Positions 35,801-50,800 of a stretch of 64,000 nt of DNA are shown here, piece after piece. Numbering within the stretch: position 1 is the first letter of the stretch; each line of letters opens with the position of its first letter. The DNA is from Gnetum montanum (Eukaryota; Plantae; Gnetophyta): positions 321,823 through 385,822 of the forward strand of contig MNCI01003159.1 in the NCBI GenBank assembly GCA_015680685.1. Direction: 5' to 3'. The notes under the pieces are model-generated. The model saw only the letters and a list, made by a program, of their open reading frames with translations. It made no database searches and was not told the origin of the DNA. A program made the translations under genes and the position numbers.

Positions 35801-38800
35801 CATCGATCAAGGCTCTCAGCCAACTAAATGTCCATCATATTCAAAAGAATGAAGATGTTTTAAATGTGAAGGACTCCATCTGATTTGATTCCATCCAAAT
35901 GGACAAAAGCCTATCAGCAAGAGATTAGGATCCTAAGGAACGCAGCCTACGCCATTTCAAGTGGGGAGATTTCAAGTAGTGATAGAGAATAACGAGTCTG
36001 TCATTAGAACAGCATAATACAAGTAAAGGCCTCGTTAATACTAGGGAGATAAACACACTTTTTGGATGCGAAGACACTCATCATTTGATTTCTCCTAGAA
36101 TAGGGGAATTTAAGAAATTAAATTGTGTGCCAATTGAGAACATCATTGAATTGACAAATAGGTCTATTACAAAAGTCAGCCAATAAGTTCCAGACTGTAT
36201 GTTATATTTAAGAAATTATGATTTAGTCTTGGGGATGAATTGGCTATATGAACATTGAGCTTTAATTAATTATCAGAATAAATTAGTTTGTATAAAATAC
36301 ATTACCAACAATAAATCCTGAGTACAACTCATGTGTCCAATATTCAAGTAGTTTAAACACTTCTTCTATATATTATCTTAAAATTAACAGTGATAGCTTG
36401 AATACAAAGTTTGATTTGACATTTGCAATTTTCTTTTCAAGAAATTTGTTCCATGATATTTTAATAATACAAATTACTATTCTTCTACCACTTGTAGTGG
36501 ACACAATCAACATACTGTCCTCATGTTGCACATTATCCCATTTTCTAATTTCAATTTGAAAATGATTGTGATCTCATTTATCCTCTACTCACTAGTGTTT
36601 GCATGGATAGAGAAATAGTTGCACACAAATATTTTGCTTTATCATGCATTGAAGCTTGGATTATTTTTGTGCATTGTTCTTCCATTTCTCTAGAACCTTC
36701 TTTCCCAAGCCTGTTTTGAATTCATTATTACATCAAAGTTTTCAATCCTCCATTTTTTGTAGCCAGGATTTTCCTTTATGATACCAACCTTGCTGCTAAG
36801 ATTTTTGAACAATATCTCTTGAGATCTTCTTACAAATTTTTATTATTCAAATAGAATGTCAATAGTAAATATATTGCCTTAGCTTCCAACAACAACATAT
36901 TAGCTTGTAGTAATAAATGTATTGCACATGGGACTTGAGTTTTGACCTTAAAAACATCCAACAAGAAGTGTTTTTTAAGTTTTCTAATTTTCTTCCAAGA
37001 TTTCTAATCACAACCTAGACCCAAAACTACAAATACTTAAAGCATTGCAGGTTGCATAATTGTTTAAAGTAAATATTTTCAAAATCTTCAAGTCCAACTG
37101 TTATGATTGATACATATGTTTTTCATTGTGTTTAAAGCCTTGTAACCATTTGCAACTCATGATATACAATGCTTCTAGTTATTTGGATAGCATTCTACTC
37201 CCAAATATCTATTATGTATCCATAGTCTCAAGTTGTCTATTATTATTTTTGTTATTGATTCTACAATTAACACTTTTGCTCTGTTAACATTCACCTTCAT
37301 CCTTGCATGTTTCCAAAAATTTTCTTGTTGATGCAATATTGCTTCTAACCATGTTCTCTAAATCTACAACTAATGCTACATCATCTACAAAGATTAAAAG
37401 TCACATCCATGATTGATACACCCTAATGGCATAATTTGCAAGTACATGTTTAATCCTCTTTTCTAGTTATTCAATAAAAATGTCAAACAATGTTAATGAA
37501 ATAAAACAACCTTGCTTTACTTCTATATTCTTGTAAAACTAACAAGATTCTATAGTTTCTTCATCTCTTCGTTCAAAAATTGTTTCTCTATATAATTTTT
37601 AAATAGCAATCAGGAAACCAAGATTGACTTTAAGTTTGATAAGTCTATTCCATAATTTCTCTCATATCTGAATCAAATGCCTTGGTGAAGTTAACAAAGT
37701 AGATAAATATCTTCCCTTGTTTTCCCTTTGCTTGTTTAATGTAGTATCGAAGAGTAACCAACTGGTCTATGTAGAATGCTTTGTTATACATCCTACTTAT
37801 GAGTTTGCAAATAAATTATTTCCTTTTGTCCAATCCCCTAAGTTTTCTCCAAAATGGCACCTAGCGATTTTGGAAACAAGTTACTAATCATAATTGATCT
37901 ATAGTTGTTTAAATATGATTTCATCGTATTGTTAAACCTTCATTATTTTAGAAATTTTTGATTGCTAACATTGTTCATAGATGTTATGCATCAAACCACT
38001 TATTCTTCTCAATAAACTTCATATGCATAGAGACTTTTTTAACAGCCTCCAACAAAATCTACTCTAACCTAGTTTCATTTTTTAAAACAAATTTTGTAAC
38101 TCTTGTTGAAAAGGTTTTGTATCTTTAGTTGTAATACTTCTTCTTAGTTTCCAATATTCAATATTGCTATAGTAACTTCCCTTGAAAGAAAATTGTATAT
38201 AGTGGTGTGGAGACTATTAATTTTTCACCAACACAAAATTTAATGACTCTTATCACATTTTAAAGGATGATTAGTAGTGGATATATACATGAACATCTTC
38301 TACTTTTTAAAAAGTACATCTCAAGCTTTAATTGAATCCAATACAAAATGATAAGATCAAGAACTTGTCCCTATTTGTTTTTCTATTTGATTTATTTGAT
38401 ATCCCCTGATGGTCTTTCCTATCTATTTCCCAGTCAACCCTAATTTTTCTTATCTAGCCATACTTAGTTATTTTGCACTTTGATAGTGTATGCACATGGA
38501 GGTGTTGTGCATGTCTTATGTGATGCATAGTACCATTTCCAATTGTACACATCGCACAATGAAAAGTTAAAGTGGTACAATGGTGATGGTATGCTAAATT
38601 TATGTGGAAGAGTTTGTATTTGAATAAATGAATTAAATTATGACACATGCAAAATAAAATCGCAAAGAATCACACAAAATCTATCATGTGCATGAGCAGC
38701 TACATTATGTGATTTTTACCTCCAAAAAATGCATCTCATAGCATCACACATCATGATCATGTGCATAGTCCATAAAATGTCAATTTGTTTAGAGCTAGTC

Positions 38801-41800
38801 TTTGCATCAAAGTCTCCAATATTCCTTTTGATTTAAGTTAAACTATATCCTTTATTAAATACTGAAAAGAATATTTTCTCAATAATCCTAACTTTGTATA
38901 ATATCTTTCATCTGCTACGTGAAAGTAACAGAATGCCATATATACAAGGTAGTTTTGATAATCTTCAACCAGATATATTGTTTATGTTAGCAATCTTCTC
39001 CACCTTGATTACTTTTTAAAGTCTTTTTTGAACATAGAAGGTAAAGCTCCTAATGGTCTTTCACATATATGACATCTAACACTTGCTACTTTATTATAAT
39101 AAAATCAAGCAAATGAAAATGTTCAAAATCATCATCTTCCTAAGTCAACTCCTTCAGAAATATGAAAGGTATTTAAAACACAAAGTTGTATAATAAAGTC
39201 ATTTTAGTGGCAATGCCACTATTCATATTCAAAAATCAACAACATAAAGTATTTAGGCATTTTTTAAAGTGCTCTATCTTTAATTACTGCAATGTAATTG
39301 CTTTTGTATTTCAATTCTTCCATTTTCTTTGTAAGCTCTTTTCATCATGTTTTACTTTATCCAAATTTTTTCTCCTTTTAAACTGCTATAAGGCAAAGCA
39401 GGTGAATGGAATTCTTTAGTATTTTGATTTTGAAAACTAATACGATGAAAGGGAAATAAAGTTGCAAAAGCTCTTCATCAAGAAGGATATCTCAAGGCTA
39501 TAATGAAGATTCAAAATCAACTATAAACTATAAAAAAAGTATCTAGAAAGCTTAAGCGAAAAACAATGTTATGCAGGAGTGCACTCCCACAAAAATTTAT
39601 GCGCTCTGTGTGTTCTGGATATGGGAGTGTTTTCTATTTTGCTTGGGAACTCATAGACGTTGAACAGCTCCAAGAAATCAATATAGTTTAATGTTTACTA
39701 CAAGTTCTACAACTGTATTAATGCAAAATCAATGCAACTCTATATGTTAATAATTGAAAAAGATTCCACCAAATCAACAAACATGCTCTAAATGGACCCA
39801 TAAAAGATATTTTTAATATTCAAGATTATATTAACACTAAGAATAGCTAAAGAATAATGAGTGTATTTGGACATTATGAATTAAGAATATTGTAAACTGC
39901 AAGTTATTCAACTACACATTTCTAATTTGAATAGAAGATAAAGATTTTGATGATGTAAGTTTGATTGCTAGTGATAATATGATTGGTGAATTTAATTAGA
40001 ATGAAAATTTAAAAGTTGGTTTTTATATGAAAGTTCAAAGCATTTTATTTTTAAAACTAAAATATCAACACTAGAAAAACAACTTAAAACTTTCACTTAT
40101 CTTAGGATAAAAATTAAAATAAAATTTAAAACTTTCACATTAAAACAAAAATGGTAACTTTTAATTATTGAAATTTCTTAGTGAACATTAAGTTTACTGT
40201 TGTGAATTTTCTCTTTGTAATTGATAGAGTTAGTATATTTAACATTGAGGTTTCATAGAATTAGATAATTGAAATTGTTTAGTTGAGAATTATAGTTGTA
40301 GAGGTAAAGAATTGATGTCATGATATTGGTAATAAGTATTAATAAAAACTAATATTTAAAGTATATTTTTATATATATCTTATAAACTTTTTATATTTAT
40401 GTTCCACATGTGTTTGGCCTTGCTCCCAAAAAATGCTCCTTGTTCCCAAACTCATTTGGGCCGCATTCCCCATCATTGTGAAACATAGGGGAAAAATGAA
40501 AATTGCAATTACTAAAAGAGCCTTGAGAGAGAGAGAGTATGTGTGTGTGTGTTAATTTTACAGTTTAAAGATACAGGTAATTATAGCGTTGAATAGATAA
40601 TGTTATTCAATTTAAAGAAAGGTAGGCTGTTCCCAAAATTGATGTAATGAACTATTTTAATGTGTTTATTTTATTTTGAAAAACTACACTTGCCAACTTT
40701 TCTAAAAGTTTTTATTTTGCATATTGTCAGTTTGCTAATGCATTTTTCCCCAAACTTTTGCCAACTTTTAAATTTTCCAAAATTTTGAAGCAGCCAGCAA
40801 AACTTTTTTTTTTAATTTTTGAATAATTTCACCTTGATTATCATAGAACATGATAATTGATTTGAAGATGTTTTCCTTTAATTCACAAAAAAATTATTGA
40901 ACTTTACGAGTTCTGTTACAAGATTTAAAGTAACTCTATAGTTTATACTTTGTAGAGGTCAATAATATTATTCTATTCTTCTTTGTTTAGTAGACCACTA
41001 GGAAATCACATTTCGTTTGTGTTTACTTATAACACTAGTTGTTTAGCTAAAGTTGTTGACAATTGTGCCTTTTTGTTCCTTTAAATATCGGCTGGCAAGC
41101 ACTTGTGCAGCAAGTTTCAGTATTATTTTTATACTGGCCCTGTTTATGGGTTTTGCTGTTGGCTTGGCACTCTAATTCATCCTTCTAGGGGGATTGGTAC
41201 CACTTTGTGTAATTGTGTTCTCTTCTATTGGGGACTACATTAATAGAACTTGATTGACCTTACTTTCATTAAAAAAAATAAAACGAGTTGTTAAGTTTCT
41301 AACAGTAGTATCTCCTCCCTAATCATGGCCTTCCAGATATGTTTTGGAGGAACTGTTACACATTAGACCATATGTTTCAGTGCCTATGTATAAGGATTCC
41401 CAGGGCAAGAGCCATTCGGATCTATGTAAGCTGTTGATGAAATGGAGACATTTAGAAGTTGGTTGGTCTGATGTTTGTAAGGCACACCAATTTTCCAATG
41501 AATGTTCTATAAAGCATGGGATTATCTATTGGATTAGAAGCATCCTTTCTAGAACAATTGCACGGTCTACTTGCATAAACAGTAGTTTCCAATTTAAGAT
41601 ACTGTCTTCCTCCAAGAGTTTCAGTGTGTACTTTATCTCAGTAGTATGCATACTATTATACAACTGATGTATTTTGAAGCCAAAAAGATAACTGAGCAGG
41701 CCAAGGTCCAACATGTCCAACTTATTCTTAACTTCATGAATCAGCCATGATGACTCCCCAACTATTATAATATTAAGTATCAAAACAACCGCCCTATGTC

Positions 41801-44800
41801 AGTTTGGGATGAAATAGTGATACAAACTAAGATTTATGTTTGATCTGCTGAACCCCAATTGATGTATTATTTATCAAACTTTATATACCATTCTCAAATA
41901 GTTTGGTTGAAATTGTAGAGATATTTCTCCAATATGCAGACATAATCAGGATAAGAACTATCTATAAAGTCTTTTGGTTAGTACATAATATTTAACTCTT
42001 CTTCTTGCAGATCACTACCGAGGGAAGTAAATTCAACAGCAAGTTAAAATAACTTTCAACCACATGCATTAGTTAGAGAGAAAGTTCCTTGCGATTCTTT
42101 GTTTCATAGGTGGGGCAAAAGTTTCTTTATTGCAACCTTTAACAACCAATGGTGTCTTATATTCGTAATTTGTATATGCTTAGCTCGTACTGTCCTCCTA
42201 ATCATGTTAGGTTTTATTATTCTCAAAAAAGAAAACAAAATTAACCAAAGATAAGGATTATATATAGGTTGTACTTTTTGTTACTAAAGTGAATGATGAC
42301 ATGAATCAAGCACAAATTCAGCATACACTTTTTCTTTTGAATACGTACAGAGAAAATAATTTTAAAAAATAAGATTTGAATTTATCATAACTTATCCATT
42401 AGTGTATTCTCAAACTGACATGCACTTAACAATTGAATTGAAATCATACCTACTCAGCACGACAAAAGAGTAGTCTTCAAGTCCAATTTCAGAAAGACGC
42501 CACTGTATTTAAAACAAACAAAAAAAAGGATGAAACAAAACATTTCTATCATTAAATCAATGAAATCCCAAAATTGTGAAATGAATTATTACAGTTACGA
42601 TGGTATCAAATGATGAACAAACCTTTTGCCGTGCAGCAATAGCTGTGTCAGGGGCATCGTTCCTCAAGCCACTCTCAACTCCTTTGACTAGTATTGCCCG
42701 CAACCCAGTTAGCGAATGTAGTGTTCTAATAATAATTTCCATGCCCTTTTCAGGTGGAATCTCGGCTGATTTTTCCAGCTCTTCCATTTTCTGTTTGCCC
42801 ATTAAGCATCAATAGATTACAAAGAAAGTAGAGTCAATATCAAGCTACAGAAGCTCACGTTGTCAAGAAATGTATGTGTGTGCTTTTCAAGTTCATGATT
42901 TAATGACAAGGTATTGTGACAAGTTCCTAACTACAGGATCCTTTTTTATAAAATATGATTGACCAATTTAGCTACTTTGCATATTTTATTGGGAAAGGGG
43001 CCAACCTAGCTTTGAACTGAGTCTTCCCATCCTATTAATCCTTGCCTAATTTATCTATACAATATATTGAGATACATCTCTTATATTTATTTTACAAATC
43101 TGGTATTGGGGGAAGGAAAGATAGAACATGCCTTCAAAGAAGCTCGCTATTGCAAACTTCAGTTTTTTTTTTTTATGTGTTTTTTTCCTTTAAATACATA
43201 GTTGAGCTAAAAGATCCTTAAGGCACTAGATTGAATTACAAGAGACTGACAAGATGAAGGTAAAAGATGACAAAAGAATCTTCACAACTATACTCCTTTT
43301 GCAACACTTAAGGTAGAAAATGAAAGAAAATTAATTATGTAAGTGCCCATTTTCATTAATCCCCTCTTTAATTTGCTCTCTCTTTTTAACACTCTTCTTC
43401 GTTGATCAGCCTCTAGTGCGCTGTGCATATCAAAGAGTTCATCATGAGAGTTTGACCATAACAAAATTATCTTAGTCCTATTTACCCATTTTTACATCTA
43501 GTCGATTTGAAGTCTACTCCATCCCATTTTACATGTATACAATACAATGAGGAAAATGATAAAGCATACTTATAAATAGAAGAAGAATTCAAATCAGCAG
43601 TTAAGAATGTTAATATAAATAAACTAGTAGGGAGGAGTCAGACACCAAACATTTCTCTGGTAGTTTATAGAACAGCATTATGTCTTAGCATAATGAAGTG
43701 TTAGCTCAGTGGTAAGAGCCTTGGCATGGAAACCCCATGTCACAGGTTTAATTCCAGTCAGCAATGCTGAGTTATGGATTTAAAAAAGTTTTGTAAATGG
43801 AATTTTGAAACTACTTTGTCTAGCAGATCCAAGAGGGTCTCAATGGATGCAAATAAAAATTTAGTTCCAGTTTCAGTTTCATAACCCATTAGAACCCCCA
43901 ACATGTAACTTGTATACATATGATTTATCAGACATAATACCATATGCATACAATTGCCTTGATTTGATTGGCTCACACTGAATACTGAACTAATCACACA
44001 AACTTAAAAGCTTTTTTTTTTCCCTTGAATTTGGTAATCTAGAATAACCTTGAAATTTCTAAGAAACAAACAGAAACCTTCATTTTCCACTTTTTTTAAT
44101 GAAAAAAAAATCTATGAGCGTTAGTTATCAACTAACCTGCTTTGAAGCAAGGAAGTTTACTAAAGCTGAAACACCCTCATCATCCAAGGAGGGCTTAACT
44201 GCTTCAAGCTGTTCAGTAAGACTACATAAAGGCACAGAATGTATTATTGAATTAGAAGCAAGTTGTATAATTTGAATAAAAAAGTATATGGCAGCGAAAT
44301 TGACAATTCAGAAACTATCAAACAAAAATTGAATGATTCTAATATGAAGCTAATCTTATTGTGTTATTAAGTCAATTACAATGCCAAAATATATAAATGT
44401 ATTCTGATGTACACATAGGATGTTCAGAACTCATAGAATAAGAAACTTCCAAAACCATGGTGGATTCATTTGGTTAAGGTATCAAATCATTGAATGTTCA
44501 TAATAGCAATAAACTTATATAGGCAGGGGCGTAGGACTTGAAGCCCTGGCAGACGCTCTACGGCTATGCGTGCAAAATGCAAGCACAAGGGTGGTTGATT
44601 CTTGAGCTGCACCACCTGTTGGCGGCCATGTACCCGCCGGTACCAAGCTGGTGGTAGATCTGGAAGGGATGGCTGCCCGAGAAAATTAAAGTGTTCCTAT
44701 GGTTAATTAAGAATGACGCGCTGCTTGTTTGGGTGCTCTTATATAGACGAGGCCTTTTTTTGGATGACACTTGTTCTCTGTGTGGCACCGTGCCCAAGAC

Positions 44801-47800
44801 CATGCAACACTTCATTTACAAATGTGCCTACATGCGCTCCACATGGCGTATTGCGGGTGCAGCCCCCCCGATGCACTTCACAGGCGATTCTTGAGCCACA
44901 CTACTTTTATGGGTAGTGTAGAAGATGAGAAATCGCACAAACTTCCAACAACACAGATTGCGCCCGCCCCCCCCCNACAGGTGGTTTCCCAAGCCGAAGT
45001 TGCATGGAGAGAGATTAAGGCAATGATGGGAGTCACACTGACGTACGAACCTGACTATGCGGCATTCCAAACGGATGAGGAGCTGTGGCAGATGGTGGAG
45101 CAGTGCAGCTGGAGCGATGCCCTACAATGGCTGGTCGGTGACCCAGACCTCTCAGATGACGCTTTTTTCACCAACTAGCATGAGGACTGAACCTACTTTA
45201 GGGGTACAAAGGTCATCGTCACTGAATCTTTGATTGCCAAGTGTTTGGGGGCCTAGGTAGATGGCAAAATCATTCTGCCATCCTCATGCGGGCTACAGGA
45301 CGCTGAAATTTTCTTCAATGGGCCGGTGCCACACACGTAGAGCAGAGAAGTTCCCAGATCCTCCTTGCCCTGAATCTAGGCCTAAGCAGTGGATCTTGTG
45401 GATAGATTTTTTGTCCAGTCTAGCAACAAGTCAAAACTCCAAGGCATCCACTTCGCTTTCCTCAAATGCCTTAAATTGGGAGTTAGGGTCAACTTGCCCA
45501 GGTTTTTTTTGGCGGCTCTAAAGCAGCAGAGGTGAGGCCGCCACTCTGGGCTCATCCTGGCCTTGTGGCAAGGGGCAGCCCGGGGGGGGGGTGGGGGCAA
45601 CATCCTTCAAGGCTGCGGAGTGCCCCCTCGCTGGGAGGCTCCCCATCTGACCCATCCCTTCCGGTCGGATGGGAGAGTCTGTGGACCCAGCCCACAATCA
45701 CGTATACTAGGAGAAGACATAGCCATCAGGGATGGAGGGCCCCAAACCCCATGGCAACGCCAGAGATGTCGCCACCTGAAACGTTGGGGCGCAAAAGCAG
45801 GGACGAGGTGCTATAGTAAGCGGCAAAGAGGCCGCAGTCGTGGCACATGATGCTGAGCGCTAGGAGTGGAAAGCAAAGTGGGAGGAAGCCCTTGCACAAG
45901 CATGAACCGAAATGGAAACCCTTTCCGTGAATGGGAGTAGGAGATAATTAGGCAACAAGCCCTGTTGGCAGAAGCGGCCTGGGCCCGTTTGGTGGATGAG
46001 ATCCGGGCCCAAGTGAGAGACGAGCTGCTCCAGGAGGAAACCGCCTGAAGAGAGCGCGAGGTGGCTGAACAAGCTCAGCAAGAGCGAGAGCAAGAGGAGG
46101 CATAGAGATAGTGCTAGCTCGACCGGGCGCACAAGCAGAGTGAACACCAGTGGCTTAGAGTTGGACGATGTCCATATATCATCCTAGGCATCAACTGTGA
46201 TTGCACATGGTGGGAGCTTCGGCGCCACATCTGTCGGACCTCAGTGTGTTTCCACCCAAACGAGGGGACGTCGATGGAGGATCGAAACCGGCGTGAATCG
46301 ACCATGCAAGGACTCCAATAGGCCTCCAGCTTTGTGGACACGGAGCTCCATCGTAACATGTTGGACATTCTCCATGCTCTAGAACGTCCACACTGCGCTT
46401 GTCATAGGTTGCCGACAAGCCCATAGCGTGACTACCCCTAACGTGGCAATGGGCCTTTTGGTTTCGTTTTGCCACCCCCCTCCTGGTTTTGTTTTGCACC
46501 CCCCCCCCCCCCCCCCCCCCCGCNGGTGCCCCCCTGTCTAGTATGGTTTAGCGTTTTTTGACGTAAACAACTAGTGCACGGTTGGGCACAATGGATTGAG
46601 GTTTAAAAACCTTCTACTTGGGCCAATGTCGTTGACCCACATTTTGTAATATCTTGTATTCTATTTTCAGTAATTTAATCCCAAACATTTCCTCAAAAAA
46701 AAAAAAAACTTATACAAGAACATATTTATTAATTTGGGCTATACCAATTTGAAATGGGCAAGAGTGCGGTGAACGTTGGGAGAGCAGGGAGCATTGGGAG
46801 TGCGAGGCACACTAGAGGGGGTGCGGTGAGCACTGACAGCAGTGGAGGGATCCTTGCAAATCGGCCCAAGCGGATTGGCTAGAGGAGTATCAGTGTCACC
46901 CGATGGGGAGGAAGGGATTGAAGCTTGCTCGTGGGAGGGTGGGACTATGAGATTGCAGATCGGGCAACCACCTATGGAGGGGTTGTGTACATTGGAACTC
47001 AACCTCCTTGGTAAGTTTGTCTTGGAGGGTGTGACCCAAGATGGACCTTGTTCAACGTTGAGCTTGCATGGCATGGGGACCGGAGAATGTGCAAGTCCAT
47101 AGTTTGGCAGATGATAGGCTTTTGTTTGTGTTCCAGTTGGAAGCTGACAAAGAGAGGGTGATGTTTGGGGGCCCATGGTTTTATGGGGCCTGTGGGTTGG
47201 CCCTTGCGCCTTGGCAGCCAAGGGCCCACTAAGATGCAAATCTCTTTGCCAAGGCATCGATCTGGGTTAGGATCTTGGATTTGCCTCTAGAGTTTTGGAC
47301 ACCAAGTTTCCTGAAAACATTGGCTGGATTGTTTATGGAATTCATAAAGTTCGATAGTTTCACTAAGTCACTTGATAGGATGGGATATGCCCACTTTTTG
47401 TGTGCGGAGGTTGTTGGGTTTTGAGGATAGGATCAGCAAGGTGGTTTTAGCCCTACCCTCAGGAGATAAAAAGATAAGGGTTGAATACGAAAACTTGTTG
47501 ACAAGTAAGTTGGTGACGAAAGAGGCGTCATCTAATGGGTGTGCAATCTATGGAAAGGGCCACTTGATGGCGGATTGTCAAGTCCGCCTAAAGGCTCTGT
47601 TGCACCAACCGCAGGGTGGGTGGAGCCTAGTCAGGAAGAAGGGCCGAGTGGTGAAGGTTGTTGCTATGGCACTAGCAGGCCCAATACATCGTGCGAGACC
47701 TCATGAGCTGGCCGTGGGGGCAGTTGTTGGGGGGAATGGGGCAAGGGCCTACTGAGAAGGCTAGAGAAGCGCTGGTGGATTTCAGCTTTGGTGAGAGGGA

Positions 47801-50800
47801 GTTGAAGTTGTTGGTTGGAGGGGTAGGGGAGAGTGCTCCTAACACCCCCCCCCCCCCCCCCCCAAGAAGGCTTCGACAATGGTGCTGCCATTGTTGAATG
47901 ACTGGATTGGGGTTGTTCGAGGCTCCCCATTTCCAAAAATGTCCGAGATATTGCAGGACCAATAGGAGGGAAGGGGTGGCCACTTAGTCTCACCAGAGGC
48001 CAATAGGATTGGGAGACCGCTGTCACCAGTTGAGGAGGATTTGGGGGGGGGTGTTGGAGGGGGGAAGAGAGAGAGGGGGTGTATCCTAGTCTCACCAGAA
48101 GCTACTAGGATTGGGAGGTCATTGTCACCTATTGCCTGGAGTAAAATTACACAAGCCAAGACTGACTTGGGGGTGCAACGTGTTGGATAAATGAAGACAA
48201 ATACATTAGTATTATTTGTTGTATTTCCTTTTATGTTTTTTAAAAGGATGTTGCATTTTAAATAATATAAAGGGGTTAGTTTGTAAAGTGATGTTTATCC
48301 CACATGTGTTGGGATTGGGGTTTGGTCCTAATGTTTCTTTATGAATAGAAGGCTTGGGGTAGCCTTCAAGGATGTGTTTTTGATGTGGGAGCATTGTATT
48401 GAGGTTTTACCTTGGAGACGAGAGTCTTTTTGATGTTGATCTAAGATTTGTTGAAGTAATAGATTGGGTGCTTGGGAAAGCTATGAGGACAGCCTGTGTC
48501 CTTAAGATTCGAGCATAATAGAAGGCAGATTAACATTGTTGTGGAGGTAGGGTAAAAAGGGCCCAAACCATGTAAATCTCTATGTTCTTGTGCTATTTTC
48601 TTTCACTGTGTTCATTCTTCTTTTACAGCCAAACATTTGTTGGAGTTTACAGTGGTTTTTTTAGTGATTTACAATGTCCACATGATTTGCTACAGCGCGA
48701 TATTTTCTGCCTCTAACATTTTATTCAGATCTACAACGTTTGAATAATTTCTCCATAGCTTCTCTAGTGTATGTTCAGATTTGATCTACTGACTGTTTTA
48801 TTGAAACTATCGCTTCCGACTATAACACAGCAAACCTTGAAGGTGGTGTATAGAAAGCAATCGGCTGGGATGCCATGAAGATCCTCTTTTGGAATTGCAA
48901 GGGACAAGGTACCTCCTACAAGCAAAATACCCTTCGAGATATTGTGCATCAGGAGGAGTGTGACATTGTGTGCCTATAGGAGACAAAAATATAGGCTTCA
49001 GAGGCCCACTTCCTACAGTGGGTGGGATGGCAAACTCAAATTGTGCCTTGTTTAGGAAGAGCAGGTGGGTTTGCCATGTTGGCAAAAAGGCCATTTCAGT
49101 TGGTTGACTCCTCATGATGGAGTATTACGATGTAGCTGGAGGTGGTAGATATTAGGCTCACAAACTTTTATGAGGCCTAGAGATGGGAACAACGGTTGCA
49201 GGAGCTGAGGAGGTTCGTTGCTCTAGTTGACTACCAACGTTGGATCATCATTGGCGATTTCAATCAATGTTTGTTTGCATGGGAGAAAACTGGTAATGAT
49301 ATGATGGAACCTCTGGGAAGCAATCAGTCCTTGGAGTTACTGCAGGAGCATGATTTGGTAGACGTGGAGATTTTTGGATGCAGGTATACCTGGAGCAACC
49401 ACCATAGAGGGAATGATTAGCTGTTGTCTCAAATCGATCGAGTGTGGATCAGCGCACACATTATGTTGGAATCTAAGATTCCAGTGGTGGGAAAAGAGAG
49501 ACTGGCGTCTGATCACCGATCTCTCTATTGTCAAGTGGGCAGACCTAGTCAGCCCAAAGCTTCTTCATTTCATTTTGAGAGAGCCCGATTGGCTAAACCT
49601 TGGCTTAGATCGCTGGTTGTGGGGATTTGGGTGGACTACAACCTGGAGGTTGACCCCTGTGATTTCTTGAAGTGGGGGCTTTCTCGTCTCAAGCAGGCTC
49701 TTCGGTTGGTAAAGGCCAAGGAGAGGTTCTCTTTTAGGGCTGGGAGGACTAATCTTCTGGGACATTTAGCTACTTTGCAAGCTCAGTAGGAGCTAGGTGA
49801 AGAGGCGGGTAAAGAGGAGCAGGTTGTTCAGAGGAAGCTGCAAACACTTGACATCAAGGAGGAGACTTAAGGGAAGCAACATGCCAAAAATACATGGTTG
49901 AGAGATGGGGATTGTAACATGAACTTTTTCTTTGTCGTTGCTAAAGTGAATCGGGCTGCTAAAGAGGTGAGATTAAATATCAATGGGGAGAAGGTTATGA
50001 AGACTCAAGATGTTGCTCAGGACATTCAGCACTATTGGGCTAGAATTTGGGCTTATAGGAGAATGAAGCTTGTTTCAGTGCTGGTGGAGCTAGTGTTGGG
50101 GGCTGAGGAGAATAAGTTGTTGTTGGAGCCCTTCTCGCAACAAGAGTTGGAGGAGGCCTTGGCTTCCATGCCATCAGATCGTGTGCTAGGGCCAAATGGT
50201 TGGCCGATGGAACTTTTTAGGGAATTCACTGATGTAATGGGACCGAATATTTTAGATGCTTTCAACCAGATGCTTTAGCAGTAGCAAGTTTGGAATGAAA
50301 TCAACTATTCTAGAATTGTTCTTATTCCCAAGGTGGCTAAGCCTTCTAAGCCATCTTAGTTTCAACCTATTGGGGTGTGCAACACGCTGATTCAAATTTT
50401 TACTAGGATGGTGGTGCGATGTCTTACCCCCTAATGCCACAATTGGTGGGGAATAATCAAATAGGTTTCATGAAAGGAAGGTACATTCAAGATCAGGTGA
50501 TTCTGCTTCAGGAGGTGATGCATTCGCTTCAGCGTTGGAGGTATCCTGGTATGTGCGTCAAGCTTGATATTAAAAAAGCTTATGATACTATGTTGGGATG
50601 CGTTGGCTAATATTATGGAGTGGAAAGGCTTTGATCCAAGGTTTATTGCACGGTGTATCCAAATCTAGGTGTTGAGGGCCTATTCTTTCAATATTGGAGG
50701 TAGGCTATGGGGGTTTTCCTCCCTTGGGTGTGGTTTAAGGCAGGGTGATCCACTCTCACCTTACTGGTTTATCCTTGCAATGGATACATTGCAGGGGTAT

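Noticed and set aside
43690-43760. tRNA genes at 8296, 13444, 43690 and 62396
   Set aside because: A/B boxes are present but no clean cloverleaf is evident. Copies share non-tRNA tails and one has a 14-bp TSD, so they are SINEs.
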